Assembly (NCBI GenBank): GCA_018664485.1
Contig: JABJOE010000009.1
Coordinates: forward strand, 4,108 to 68,107
DNA length: 64,000 bases
Origin: Candidatus Uhrbacteria bacterium
GTDB lineage: Bacteria > Patescibacteriota > Patescibacteriia > UBA9934
Direction: 5' to 3'
Shown: piece after piece, positions 38,440-48,522 of the stretch
Layout: the number at the start of each line of letters is the position of its first letter
Position numbering within the stretch: the stretch's first letter is position 1
Notes under the pieces: generated by a model
What the model saw: the letters and a program-made list of their open reading frames with translations, nothing else
Told to the model about the DNA's origin: nothing
Database searches by the model: none
Position numbers and translations under genes: made by a program

Positions 38440-38576
38440 TCTAGACCTCCAGGTTTTGAGAATGGATCTGAATTTACCCAAAAAAACCTTGATTGTCAAG
38501 CAAAACTGGTGTAGACTTTGTCTATCAACCTTACAAGGTTGCAGGTTTTAAGTACTAGGTTTTAGCGCCAATACCT

Positions 38577-38593
38577 AACCCCTAGTACCTGAC
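38577..38593 (+). repeat. 17-mer cctagtacctgacacct, second occurrence of the motif found in the 27464-27590 repeat
   Basis: 1 mismatch to 27504-27520. Lies between the G+C-rich islet and lysS. Confidence 0.5.
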
Positions 38594-38668
38594 ACCTTTT
38601 ATATATTTTGAGTAAGTCTGGCAAAATCCGACCAGAATCCACCTAGGAAAAGTACAATAAAACCAACT

Positions 38669-40174
38669 ATGATTGATGAAGAACGAGTTCGTCGCGATCG
38701 CCTGCAAGCAATCCGCGACACCAAAGTAAATCCATACCCAGCCCAATCTCACCGCACTCATCTCGCAGAAGAGGTGCTGTCAACGTTTGAGGACCTTGAA
38801 GCATCCCAAAATGAGGTTACACTTGCTGGACGTATTCGTGCTCTTCGAAAGCATGGAGGAATTGCTTTTGTTGTTCTTCAAGATGCATCTTCTGAAATTC
38901 AGGTCGTTCTACACAAAGACACGATGGGTGAGGATGCCTACAATACTTTTCACACACAGGCAGACCTAGGTGACTTTTATGAGTTCAGCGGCCCTGTAAT
39001 GGTCACAAAGAAAGGTCAGCAGTCACTCAGTGCTAAAACAACTCGTATTCTCACAAAGGCGCTACTTCCACTTCCTGAAAAATTCCACGGTCTCAACGAC
39101 ATTGAAACTCGATACAGACAACGTTATCTCGACCTTCTTGCAAATCCAGAGGTAATTGCATCTGCAAAATCTCGCGCAAAAATGGTTGCGGCAATGCGTG
39201 GACTTCTAGAACAAGAATCTTTCCTTGAAGTTGAAACTCCAATTTTACAACCAATCCCAGGTGGAGCTAATGCAAAACCTTTCATTACACACCACGAAGC
39301 TCTACACGCAGATTTCTACCTTCGTATCGCACCCGAGCTTTACCTTAAGCGTTTGGTCGTTGGTGGATTTGAAAAAGTATACGAGTTCGCACGATGTTTC
39401 CGTAACGAAGGAATCAGCCCGCAGCACAACCCAGAATTCACACAGATCGAAGCTTATTGGGCTTACGCAACAATTGAGATGCTCATGGATCACCTTGAGC
39501 GACTGCTGCGCGCAGCCTGCAAAGCAGTAACTGGTGGAAAAGAATCTGTAGAACTTGAAGGACACACACTTTCCTTCGTAGATATTCCACGACAAACATT
39601 CCAAAGTATTATTCTAGAACACAGTGGAATCGATTTGGATGAAGTTACAGAAGAGGACGATTTACGAAAAATAATGGACGACAAAGGTATTCAAACTAAA
39701 GGAGTAGTCGGATACGGGGAACTGGTTGACTATCTATATAAACACGGAGCCCGACCGAAAATCATTGGTCCAGTTTTTGTTACCGACTATCCAGCTGCAA
39801 TGAAACCGCTTGCGAAACGTCGCGACAACAATCCTCACTACAGCGCCTCCGCTCAGATGGTTATTCTTGGGATGGAAATGTTCAACTCGTTTAATGAGTT
39901 AAACGATCCAATCGAACAGGAAGATCGTTTCCGTGAGCAAGAAGGTTTGCGAGAGCGGGGAAGTGAAGACGGAATGCGTATTGATGACGACTACGTTACT
40001 GCTCTTAAACACGGAATGCCACCAACTGCCGGATACGGAATTGGAATCGATCGGTTGGCAGCGCTTTTGACACAATCTACAAATATTAAAGAAGTTATTT
40101 TGTTCCCAACTCTAAAACCACGTAGCAACGATGCCGGTGGAGAGTCGGAATCTGAGAGCCCATCTGGGGAATAG
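38669..40174 (+). CDS. lysS: lysyl-tRNA synthetase (class II)
   Basis: N-terminal OB anticodon-binding domain. Class II motifs 1-3 (e.g. FRNEG, GIGIDRL). Confidence 0.9.
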   Translation: MIDEERVRRDRLQAIRDTKVNPYPAQSHRTHLAEEVLSTFEDLEASQNEVTLAGRIRALRKHGGIAFVVLQDASSEIQVVLHKDTMGEDAYNTFHTQADLGDFYEFSGPVMVTKKGQQSLSAKTTRILTKALLPLPEKFHGLNDIETRYRQRYLDLLANPEVIASAKSRAKMVAAMRGLLEQESFLEVETPILQPIPGGANAKPFITHHEALHADFYLRIAPELYLKRLVVGGFEKVYEFARCFRNEGISPQHNPEFTQIEAYWAYATIEMLMDHLERLLRAACKAVTGGKESVELEGHTLSFVDIPRQTFQSIILEHSGIDLDEVTEEDDLRKIMDDKGIQTKGVVGYGELVDYLYKHGARPKIIGPVFVTDYPAAMKPLAKRRDNNPHYSASAQMVILGMEMFNSFNELNDPIEQEDRFREQEGLRERGSEDGMRIDDDYVTALKHGMPPTAGYGIGIDRLAALLTQSTNIKEVILFPTLKPRSNDAGGESESESPSGE

Positions 40175-40341
40175 GTATATTATTCTTAAGATGGGCTAAC
40201 ACCAAGCATATGCCCTGAAGTGAATGTTTGATAGAAATTTTCTAAAACTCATTTCCTCAGGCCAAAAAATACTTCTATGAATATGAAATCCATTTACAAA
40301 AATATCTGTCTGAAAGATAGATCGAACATCTACTTCAGGGT

Positions 40342-40752
40342 ATGAAATCAGTAGCTGTATTTGGAGCATTTGACATTCTACACCCTGGTCACAAAGCCTT
40401 TCTTAATCAGGCAGCGGCGCTCGGAGATAAATTAACCGTCTACCTTGCGCTTGATGAGATAATTGTCGAGCTTAAGGGCCGCGAACCAGTCCAAGAGTTC
40501 AAAGTGCGTAAGGCAGCACTTGAGGCGCTTACAGACGTTGATGAAGTTCAAAAAGGGGACCATGTACTTGGTAATTATCGAGGCATTTCAATTTCGCAGC
40601 CAGATGCCATCGTTCTCGGATACGATCAGGGAGAACTCGAGAAAGATCTCAAGCGATGGATGAAAAAGTTTCGTATTGAAATTCCAATTATACACACAGA
40701 ATCTTTTCACCCTGAAACATATAAAACCAGCAAACTCAGAGAAAATATATGA
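40342..40752 (+). CDS. cytidylyltransferase-like nucleotidyltransferase (HxGH family; RibL/TagD/PPAT-like)
   Basis: AVFGAFDILHPGH nucleotidyltransferase signature. 136 aa. Confidence 0.6.
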   Translation: MKSVAVFGAFDILHPGHKAFLNQAAALGDKLTVYLALDEIIVELKGREPVQEFKVRKAALEALTDVDEVQKGDHVLGNYRGISISQPDAIVLGYDQGELEKDLKRWMKKFRIEIPIIHTESFHPETYKTSKLRENI

Positions 40753-42011
40753 TTGACATCAAACAACTCCGAGAAAATCCAAAACATTTCTTGGAATCTG
40801 CAAAAAACAAAAACGTAGAAATTAACATTGATCGCATTTTAGAGCTTGATCAAACAGTTCGAGCCCTAAAACAATCATTCGAACAGATCGCAGCACAGAA
40901 AAACGATGCTTCAAAAAAGATTCCTCAAGCAAGCGAAGATGAACGCAAGGAATTAATTGAAGACATGCGTCGCATCGATAGAAAAGCTGATGACCTTAAA
41001 ACTGAATTGACACCACAGGCAGAAGAATTAGATGAGTTACTTCACAAAATTCCGAACCCAGCGCTTGAAGGCGTAAAAATCTCACCAACTGAAGATGACA
41101 ATGAAGTCATTAAAACCGTCGGAGAAAAACCAGAATTTGATTTCCAAGTAAAAGATCACGTAGAACTTGGTGAAGCGCTCGGAATCATTGACATGGAACG
41201 TGCTGCAAAGGCGTCAGGTGCTAGATTTGCGTATCTAAAAGGGGACGCGGCTCTACTTCACTTCGCGCTAATCCAGTATGCACTACAAACACTCAGCAAG
41301 CATGGATTCATACCTGTAGTGCCGCCGACCTTAGTTGGAGCCCGCGCAATGCGTGCAATGGGGTATTTGGAGCATGGTGGACATGACGAAATCTACTACC
41401 TGGCAAAGGACAACCAATACCTTACGGGTACATCTGAGCAGTCAATCGGTGCTATGCACATGGATGAAGTGCTAAAAAATGAAGAGCTACCACTGCGCTA
41501 TGCCGGTATCTCAACATGCTACCGACGTGAAGCTGGATCTTACGGAAAAGATACAAAAGGATTAATACGCGTTCACCAGTTCGATAAAGTTGAAATGTTT
41601 AGTTTCAGCACTCCGGAGACCTCTCAAGCAGAACATGAGTTGATTCTGACTATCGAAGAAGAGCTCATGCAAGGGCTCGGACTTCATTATCAGGTAATCC
41701 AAATGGTTACGGGAGATCTAGGACTGCCGGCTGCAAAGAAATACGATATAGAAACCTGGATTCCATCACAAGACACATTCCGAGAAACCCACTCAACAAG
41801 TACATGTACAGACTTCCAGGCTAGACGTTTGAACACCCGATTCAAAGATGGTGAAGGTTCAATGCAATTCGTTCACACTGTAAACGGAACAGCATTTGCT
41901 ATTGGCCGAACCATGGTTGCAATTATTGAAAACTATCAGCAAGAAGACGGATCTGTTGCCGTTCCTGAGGTTCTTCGACCATGGGTTGGTAAAGATGTAA
42001 TTACCGCCTAA
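40749..42011 (+). CDS. serS: seryl-tRNA synthetase
   Basis: N-terminal coiled-coil arm. Class II motifs, including FRREAGS-like and GSGLA(V/I)GRT. Confidence 0.9.
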   Translation: MIDIKQLRENPKHFLESAKNKNVEINIDRILELDQTVRALKQSFEQIAAQKNDASKKIPQASEDERKELIEDMRRIDRKADDLKTELTPQAEELDELLHKIPNPALEGVKISPTEDDNEVIKTVGEKPEFDFQVKDHVELGEALGIIDMERAAKASGARFAYLKGDAALLHFALIQYALQTLSKHGFIPVVPPTLVGARAMRAMGYLEHGGHDEIYYLAKDNQYLTGTSEQSIGAMHMDEVLKNEELPLRYAGISTCYRREAGSYGKDTKGLIRVHQFDKVEMFSFSTPETSQAEHELILTIEEELMQGLGLHYQVIQMVTGDLGLPAAKKYDIETWIPSQDTFRETHSTSTCTDFQARRLNTRFKDGEGSMQFVHTVNGTAFAIGRTMVAIIENYQQEDGSVAVPEVLRPWVGKDVITA

Positions 42012-42012
42012 T

Positions 42013-43149
42013 ATGCATCCCGCGAAATCGTGGATACAAATTGATGCACGTGCATACGCGCAAAATCTGCGCACCATTGAGTCACGCCTGAAGCCAGGTG
42101 TGACTCTTTGCGCTATCGTAAAAGCTAACGCTTATGGACACGATATCGCAACAATGGTTCGGCTCGCGAAAGCTAGCGGGGTAGATCACTTCGGAGTTGA
42201 CTCAATTGACGAGGCAATAATAGTGCGTAATACCGCGCCCGATGCAACAATATTCGTTCTTGGCTACACGGTCGCAGAGCGGATGCCAGATATCATCACA
42301 CATAATCTCATCCAAACAATTTACGATGAGCAAACTGTAAAGAATCTCGCAGATGCAGCGCTGGCACAACAGTCAACAGCACAACTGAATATTAAAATTG
42401 AAACTGGAACTCAACGACAAGGAGTGGGGGACAGGAATCTAAAATCACTACTCGCAGAAATTGAAAGACAAACCTCTGCAGTTAATCTGGTTAGCGTCTC
42501 ATCTCACTTCTCAAGTTCGGAAGATCTATCAAAGGAACAAGTAGTTGAAGATCAAAATGCCATTTTCAGCAAAGCGCTAGAAGAAATTCAACGTTTCGGC
42601 TTCACACCAAAATACAAACACATATCTTGCTCCGCATCCACACTCTTGTATCCAAGCGCACACCACAACCTGGTGCGCATTGGGATCGCTCAGTACGGTC
42701 TCTGGCCGTCTGTGGAGCTTCGTCGTGAGCTTTTATCAAGCACCGAGCTTACGCCGGTCCTGTCATGGAAAGCACGTATAGCACAGGTGAAAGACATAAA
42801 ATCCGGAACTCCTGTCGGGTATGGCCAGTCATTCGTCAGTGACCGTCCGCTTCGTATTGCAGTGATCCCAGTTGGTTACTACGACGGCTACCCGCGATCC
42901 TTAAAAAATAAAGCCTACATGCTCGTCAAAGGTCAAAAGTGCAATGTTATTGGAAACATCTGCATGAATATGTGTATGATTGATGTGTCTGCAGTCGCTG
43001 ACGTTAAACGTGACGACATAGCTACATTAGTTGGTCGAGATGGACTTAATCAGATAACCTTAGATGACCTAGCCACCTTTACTTCAACAATCAATTACGA
43101 ATCAGTAACCACCATAAAATCACATCTACCACGTATAGTCGTGAACTAA
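42013..43149 (+). CDS. alr: alanine racemase
   Basis: AIVKANAYGHD PLP-lysine motif. 378 aa. Confidence 0.85.
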   Translation: MHPAKSWIQIDARAYAQNLRTIESRLKPGVTLCAIVKANAYGHDIATMVRLAKASGVDHFGVDSIDEAIIVRNTAPDATIFVLGYTVAERMPDIITHNLIQTIYDEQTVKNLADAALAQQSTAQLNIKIETGTQRQGVGDRNLKSLLAEIERQTSAVNLVSVSSHFSSSEDLSKEQVVEDQNAIFSKALEEIQRFGFTPKYKHISCSASTLLYPSAHHNLVRIGIAQYGLWPSVELRRELLSSTELTPVLSWKARIAQVKDIKSGTPVGYGQSFVSDRPLRIAVIPVGYYDGYPRSLKNKAYMLVKGQKCNVIGNICMNMCMIDVSAVADVKRDDIATLVGRDGLNQITLDDLATFTSTINYESVTTIKSHLPRIVVN

Positions 43150-43155
43150 TACCGC

Positions 43156-44040
43156 ATGAAACGACGTAATTTCCTCAAAAAGCACCATGCACGCCGATAC
43201 ACATCGGACCGTTTTCGCAATCCATATTTTTCAGGTAAAAAAATAGTTCCGTGGACAAAACGCGTACTTCGTTTACTTGTCGTGCTCGCCGTTATAATCG
43301 GAATTCCTTGGCTTACCGTGATATTGCCATGGTTCTATATTGACTCCGTAGCAGTTGAAGGGTCTATAACATTGCAGCCAAATCAAATTGAATCGTTTGC
43401 GTGGGATCATCTCAACGAAAAGAGATGGGACGTTGTGCCACAACATCATATCTGGCTTCTCAACGAAGACGCACTTCGCAACGATATACTTAGCCAATTT
43501 GCATTAGATGACGCTACAGTCACGCGTGACGGCCGGTCCTTAAGCATTGTGGTAAACGAGCGTATTACTTCTCTTATTTGGGCACATGGGGAAGAACTCT
43601 ATTTCGTTGATCAAAGTGGGTTTATAGTCCGTGCGCTTAACGAAGAAGAAATTAACGATGTACGAGCACTGCTTTATGGCGAAGGTGAGCGGATAAACAT
43701 CATTCAGACGGATGAAATCTTCGTGGTCTTTGAGCAGGGTGGGGAAGTAGTGTCGCAAAACCAACAAGTACTCACAGAGAACGCTGTTGAAGTACTTTCT
43801 GTGGTGAATCAAGACATTGGTAACTATTTAATTACAATTGAAAGTATCAGTATCGATACAGCTTTGACCGACTGGGTAGCGCTTAACACACGTGGTGGTC
43901 CAGATATTTACGTAGACTTAAATGGTGACGGTAATGATCAGCTACATAACCTGGAGGTCATCTTGGACGAATATAAAAGCAACCTAGAGGGAATTGAGTA
44001 CATCGATCTGCGCTTTGGGAACCGTGTTTTTGTTAAATAG
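43156..44040 (+). CDS. FtsQ/DivIB-like cell-division protein (cytoplasmic basic N-terminus, single TM, POTRA-like region)
   Basis: Topology, and the POTRA-like pattern SIVVNERITSLIWAHGEELYFVDQSGFIV. Confidence 0.5.
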   Translation: MKRRNFLKKHHARRYTSDRFRNPYFSGKKIVPWTKRVLRLLVVLAVIIGIPWLTVILPWFYIDSVAVEGSITLQPNQIESFAWDHLNEKRWDVVPQHHIWLLNEDALRNDILSQFALDDATVTRDGRSLSIVVNERITSLIWAHGEELYFVDQSGFIVRALNEEEINDVRALLYGEGERINIIQTDEIFVVFEQGGEVVSQNQQVLTENAVEVLSVVNQDIGNYLITIESISIDTALTDWVALNTRGGPDIYVDLNGDGNDQLHNLEVILDEYKSNLEGIEYIDLRFGNRVFVK

Positions 44041-44404
44041 AATAGGTAGGTATATATAGTTATTATTTGAATATCTAAGTGTCGTACAATATATCTTATA
44101 CGACACCACAGTATATTTCACCATGAGGGGTAGGTCATCTACAACCTTTAAACAGTCGAATACTTGGCTAAAGTTAGTCAAAAAAAGACCCTTATAGGAT
44201 CTGCTAACTCCTTATAATAGTTTTTAAAAGTTGTCATGAGCCTAGCTGTATCTGTACCTATATATGAGCCTGCGCCTATCCATCTATATCTCTCTGCAAC
44301 CACGCAGATCTCCGCCCCTTCTCTTTCACACCCCCTCTCACACATGTGTCGTAAAACGAAAAAGATCCAACCCACCTTCTAGCGATCAGATCTCTTAATT
44401 ACTT

Positions 44405-45583
44405 TTACTGAAGATATAGAAGCGGATCAACAGGAATACCGTTCTTACGGAGCTCCATATGAAGATGTGGACCCGTTGATAACCCCGTATTACCCGAATA
44501 CCCTATTATCTGTCCACGTGAGACAAACTGGTCGGTTGTAACGTTAATGCTTGAGAGATGGGCGTACAGCGTTGCGTAACCGTCAGCATGGATCACCATC
44601 ACATAGTTACCATAAGACCGTCCGGTACGCGCCCAGGCAACATAACCAGGTGCAGCTGACTCAATCGGAGTACCTGAAGGAACTGCAATGTCCAAACCGC
44701 CGTGTTCAAACAGGTGACGGAATGGATACGATGGGTCGTGGAAGATTGCAGTGATAATTCCATTCACTGGCCAGGTGAAAATAGTAGCGTCTCCAAGCTC
44801 ATCCAAGCTTGAGATCTTCCCTTCCAAGTCAGTATGCAACTGAGCTAACTGAGAACTGATATAAGCCTGCTCCTGACGAAGTTCGCTCATTAGCACCCGA
44901 TACTGTGACTCAGAAGCCTCAGTACTCGCAATTAGCACCTCTTTAGCCTCAGCGCTATGTTCAAGTTGAATCAACTGCATTTCCATTTCATCTTGTAGTA
45001 CAAGCAGCTCATCTAGGTTTTCTTCTTGATCAAGCTTATTGTCGGAAAGTCGTTGCTTAGTAGCGTGGGTTTCACCGAGCGTTGTGTTCATCTCGGCGTT
45101 AACACTCTCCAAACGTTCTACAACGGAAAACAACTCGTTGAAATCCTCAGAGCCGAACAAGACTTCGATGAAACCGATTCCGTCGTTTTTGTTTAGCTCA
45201 AAGATCATCTCCTCTAAAATCTCGCGCTGGTACGCAACATTCGCCTCCTGTTCCCGTATAGCTTCTTCTAAAATCGCTATTTCTAATTGCTTTGTTTCTG
45301 CCTGAGCTTCCGTTGACTGAATGTCTAAATCAAGAAGAGCTGTTTCGTTCTCGATTAGTGCAATGTCGGCAGACAATGATGCAGACTGATTGGAATAGTA
45401 ATTAATCTTATCCCGAATTTCATCAATCTTACTATTTATTGCATCCACCTGAGCTTCACGTGCATCGATCTCACCCTGCAACTCATTTACATCGCTTAAT
45501 GCAGCATCTTCTGCAATTACAAAACCTGAGAATGTAAATATTCCCACAAATGCAATTAGCGTTAAGTAAAATCCCCTCTTCAC
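44405..45583 (-). CDS. M23/LytM-family metallopeptidase with a long N-terminal coiled coil (EnvC-like)
   Basis: Signal/TM N-terminus, heptad-rich region. C-terminal HxxxD...GNTGxSTGPHLH M23 motifs. Confidence 0.8.
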   Translation of the reverse strand: MKRGFYLTLIAFVGIFTFSGFVIAEDAALSDVNELQGEIDAREAQVDAINSKIDEIRDKINYYSNQSASLSADIALIENETALLDLDIQSTEAQAETKQLEIAILEEAIREQEANVAYQREILEEMIFELNKNDGIGFIEVLFGSEDFNELFSVVERLESVNAEMNTTLGETHATKQRLSDNKLDQEENLDELLVLQDEMEMQLIQLEHSAEAKEVLIASTEASESQYRVLMSELRQEQAYISSQLAQLHTDLEGKISSLDELGDATIFTWPVNGIITAIFHDPSYPFRHLFEHGGLDIAVPSGTPIESAAPGYVAWARTGRSYGNYVMVIHADGYATLYAHLSSINVTTDQFVSRGQIIGYSGNTGLSTGPHLHMELRKNGIPVDPLLYLQ

Positions 45584-45623
45584 TCAATCAGTATACCAAA
45601 CTTAAAGTTAGACGTCAGGACTA

Positions 45624-45839
45624 TTGCAATTAGCCTTTTTATATGATAAAAACTCTGCGAATTCCAACTACGGAGACATCTTGGAACTCATCACGTACAC
45701 TGATTCACATGTCCAATTCTGGACGCTGATAGTGCTTGCGGCCTTCTTTATCCTCGGGCTCACAGCCTTTGGTGCACTATGGCCTGACATTGTCAGAGGA
45801 TTCAACGAGCGAAACCGCTCGCCCACCAACCCCGAGTAA
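45624..45839 (+). CDS. hypothetical small membrane protein (in a G+C-enriched islet)
   Basis: 71-aa ORF with one TM helix. Weak. Confidence 0.3.
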   Translation: MQLAFLYDKNSANSNYGDILELITYTDSHVQFWTLIVLAAFFILGLTAFGALWPDIVRGFNERNRSPTNPE

Positions 45840-45841
45840 CG

Positions 45842-46084
45842 ATGACCGTACTGATTGTGAAAGTTTGTATCGGGCTCGCCGTACTTCTCGCCATCGCTCT
45901 TGTGACCGGTGTGGCAGACATACCTTTCGAGTACTATGACAGATGGATGGAAGAGCGAAAAAAGGAAAAGCCTGCGGTCAAGCGAGCGCCCGGCACATTC
46001 CTACCGCTGTTGCTGGTAATTGGTACCGGCGCAACCCTGTTCTTCATCTGCTTGCTCCTGATGAGCTCTCTCTCCACCCCTTGA
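45842..46084 (+). CDS. hypothetical small membrane protein (2 TM; G+C-enriched islet)
   Basis: 80-aa ORF starting 2 nt after the previous stop. A hairpin plus T-run terminator lies at about 46205-46245. Confidence 0.35.
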   Translation: MTVLIVKVCIGLAVLLAIALVTGVADIPFEYYDRWMEERKKEKPAVKRAPGTFLPLLLVIGTGATLFFICLLLMSSLSTP

Positions 46085-46239
46085 GGATGATGATCCCAGA
46101 CCCACTACTTCTACTTGTCACTATTTGGCTCGCAACCGAACTAGCGGCGGTAATCCAGAATAGTGCCCTCCGGTAAAACAACCTACAAGCGTACAACCAT
46201 GTACCGTCAGCGCCACCGCGGCCCTGGCGGTGTTGATTT

Positions 46240-47703
46240 TTATAAAACCGCTATCGCCTGATCTATTCTCTTTAAAGACTCTTCACGACCGAGTACCCAT
46301 AAAAACTCAAATGGACTCGCCGACTTTTGCAAACCAGAAAGTGCAATGCGCAACGGCCACAAAACATTACCGTTTGAAAGTTCATTCTTCTCAATATACG
46401 CCTTAATTCGATCTTCAACGTAAGATAGATTTTCATAAATATCATCCGGAGCGCCAGCGATCTCCGCGCGCACACCCTCAAGCTGCACCTTGGCATCAGC
46501 GGCGTCGGACTTCTTCCATGTAATTGTCTCAGCGTCCGGAGCGTCATAACCGGTGTACGGAACGATGGCCTCTGCAAACTCAGTTAGTCGGTGAATACGT
46601 TCACGCTCAACAAACAAAGCCCGCATGATCATAGGATCGTCAACATCAACCTCTACGAATGGTCGCGCAGCCTCAGCGACCTCGTCCAATCCAAGCTCCT
46701 TCAAATACTGCTGATTCATCCAATCCAACTTTTCAATATTCATCACAGCCCCACTCTTTTTAACCTTTGACAGATCAAACATATCGATGAGTTCTTGCAA
46801 TGTGTACACTTCCCTGTCGCCAGTCGGATTAAACCCGAGAGTTCCAACAAAGTTAATTAGTGCAGCCGGCAGATAACCTTTTTCTAGATAATCCTCAACA
46901 GCAACATCACCCTGACGTTTTGAAAGTTTTGTTTTGTCAGCATTCAAGAGCAAAGGAACGTGTGCAAAGGTTGGCACATCAAATCCAAGCATATTCATCA
47001 AAATCACATGTTTCGGCGTAGACGGAATCCACTCCTCACCGCGAAGCACATGCGAGATTGCCATCAAATTATCATCAACCACTACAGCCATGTGATAAGT
47101 AGGAAATCCGTCAGACTTCATCAAAACCTGATCATCAAGATCACTATTATTCACACTCACAGTTCCACGGACAACATCCTCAAATACTGTCTGCCCTTCC
47201 GGAACCTTCATTCGGATCACATGAGCCTCACCGTCAGCCAAACGCTTCGTAACCTCATCCTGCCCAAGCGCCAAGCAAGCACGATCGTACTTCGGTGTTT
47301 GTTTCGTTGCTCGCTGCTCTTCACGCATCTCAGTCAACCGTTCCCGACTACAAAAACACGGATACGCATCACCCTGACCTAAAAGAGTCTCTACATAAGG
47401 TCGATAAATATCTAAACGCTCCGACTGAATATAAGGCCCGACATCACCCTTTTGCGTAAGCGAACCATCATCCTGCAAAAACGGTCCTTCATCGTGGAGA
47501 ATTCCGAGTTTTGAAAATGTTGCAAGAAGGCTCTCTGTTGCACCTTCAACCAATCGCTCCTGATCTGTGTCTTCGATTCGAATAATGAACTTCCCACCAG
47601 TCTGCTTGGACAAAAAATAATCGAACAAAGATGTACGAAGTGTTCCAATGTGCATGTAACCAGTTGGGCTTGGTGCGATGCGTGTTCGGGCAGGTGTAGT
47701 CAT
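46240..47703 (-). CDS. gltX: glutamyl-tRNA synthetase
   Basis: PSPTGYMHIG (HIGH) and KLSKR motifs. Confidence 0.9.
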   Translation of the reverse strand: MTTPARTRIAPSPTGYMHIGTLRTSLFDYFLSKQTGGKFIIRIEDTDQERLVEGATESLLATFSKLGILHDEGPFLQDDGSLTQKGDVGPYIQSERLDIYRPYVETLLGQGDAYPCFCSRERLTEMREEQRATKQTPKYDRACLALGQDEVTKRLADGEAHVIRMKVPEGQTVFEDVVRGTVSVNNSDLDDQVLMKSDGFPTYHMAVVVDDNLMAISHVLRGEEWIPSTPKHVILMNMLGFDVPTFAHVPLLLNADKTKLSKRQGDVAVEDYLEKGYLPAALINFVGTLGFNPTGDREVYTLQELIDMFDLSKVKKSGAVMNIEKLDWMNQQYLKELGLDEVAEAARPFVEVDVDDPMIMRALFVERERIHRLTEFAEAIVPYTGYDAPDAETITWKKSDAADAKVQLEGVRAEIAGAPDDIYENLSYVEDRIKAYIEKNELSNGNVLWPLRIALSGLQKSASPFEFLWVLGREESLKRIDQAIAVL

Positions 47704-47706
47704 ATT

Positions 47707-48522
47707 CTATTTATTGATCAACTGACGAATTACTTCTGGAAAAACATTTTTTATTGCTTTTTTGAGTCTCTTTCCCCGATACGCCGTGACCGCTACAACC
47801 ACCGGAAAGATAATGCTTGCACGGATGATCCTACCAGCTCTGCGTGGTTCAATCAACATGCGCCAAATGAACTCTAACCCCACTTTACGCATCCACTTAG
47901 GGCCACGTATCTTCTTACCGGAGATCATTTCAAATGCACCTCCAACACCTATTGCAATCTTTACAGTTGAAAATTGTGACAGGTACCGCTCTATAAATGC
48001 ATCCTGTTTTCGCTGACCAAAAGCTACAGCGATAACGTCTGGTTCAAGGCGTTCAATCACAGTTTCGATTGCCCTTTCGATTGTTACACGTCCATTTTCA
48101 AACTCAACCTTACCTGGATCGATTCCGTGAACGTCCAAACCCTCATACTTGCCGGCCAACTTTTTAGCGGCGACATCTGCTGACCCTGGATCTCCACCGA
48201 GTAGAAGAAGTCGTTTACCATTCTCTTTACACAGTCTCGCAAGCAACTCAACGCTATCAACACCCGTGTGGCGATGTGCAAGATGTCCATCCGTTAAAGC
48301 CGCCGTTGCATAACGTAATCCAACTCCATCAGGCAATGAAAGATCCGCTCCGTTTATTCTTCCTCGAAAAACCGAATCGTTCATCGACAATAGAAGCATC
48401 TCCGGATTTGGAGTGACAACAATTTTACTCTTTCCTGTCTCAAGCCAATCTGAAAATGTTTCCACCAATTCTGTGGTGGCAAGATCATCAATACGAACAT
48501 TTAGAATTGAGTGACTTTGCAT
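47707..48522 (-). CDS. WecB/TagA/CpsF-family glycosyltransferase
   Basis: VVTPNPEM...DGVGL family signature. Confidence 0.8.
   Translation of the reverse strand: MQSHSILNVRIDDLATTELVETFSDWLETGKSKIVVTPNPEMLLLSMNDSVFRGRINGADLSLPDGVGLRYATAALTDGHLAHRHTGVDSVELLARLCKENGKRLLLLGGDPGSADVAAKKLAGKYEGLDVHGIDPGKVEFENGRVTIERAIETVIERLEPDVIAVAFGQRKQDAFIERYLSQFSTVKIAIGVGGAFEMISGKKIRGPKWMRKVGLEFIWRMLIEPRRAGRIIRASIIFPVVVAVTAYRGKRLKKAIKNVFPEVIRQLINK

Noticed and set aside
36950-38520. Diversity-generating retroelement or integron-cassette explanation for the duplicated 3' ends
   Set aside because: No reverse transcriptase or integron integrase ORF in the window. Differences between copies are not adenine-specific. 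The hairpin lacks GTTRRRY attC core sites.
38500-40341. T-box riboswitch leaders in front of lysS and serS
   Set aside because: No T-box consensus (AATTAGGGTGGNACCGCG-like) or specifier-loop architecture found in the leaders.
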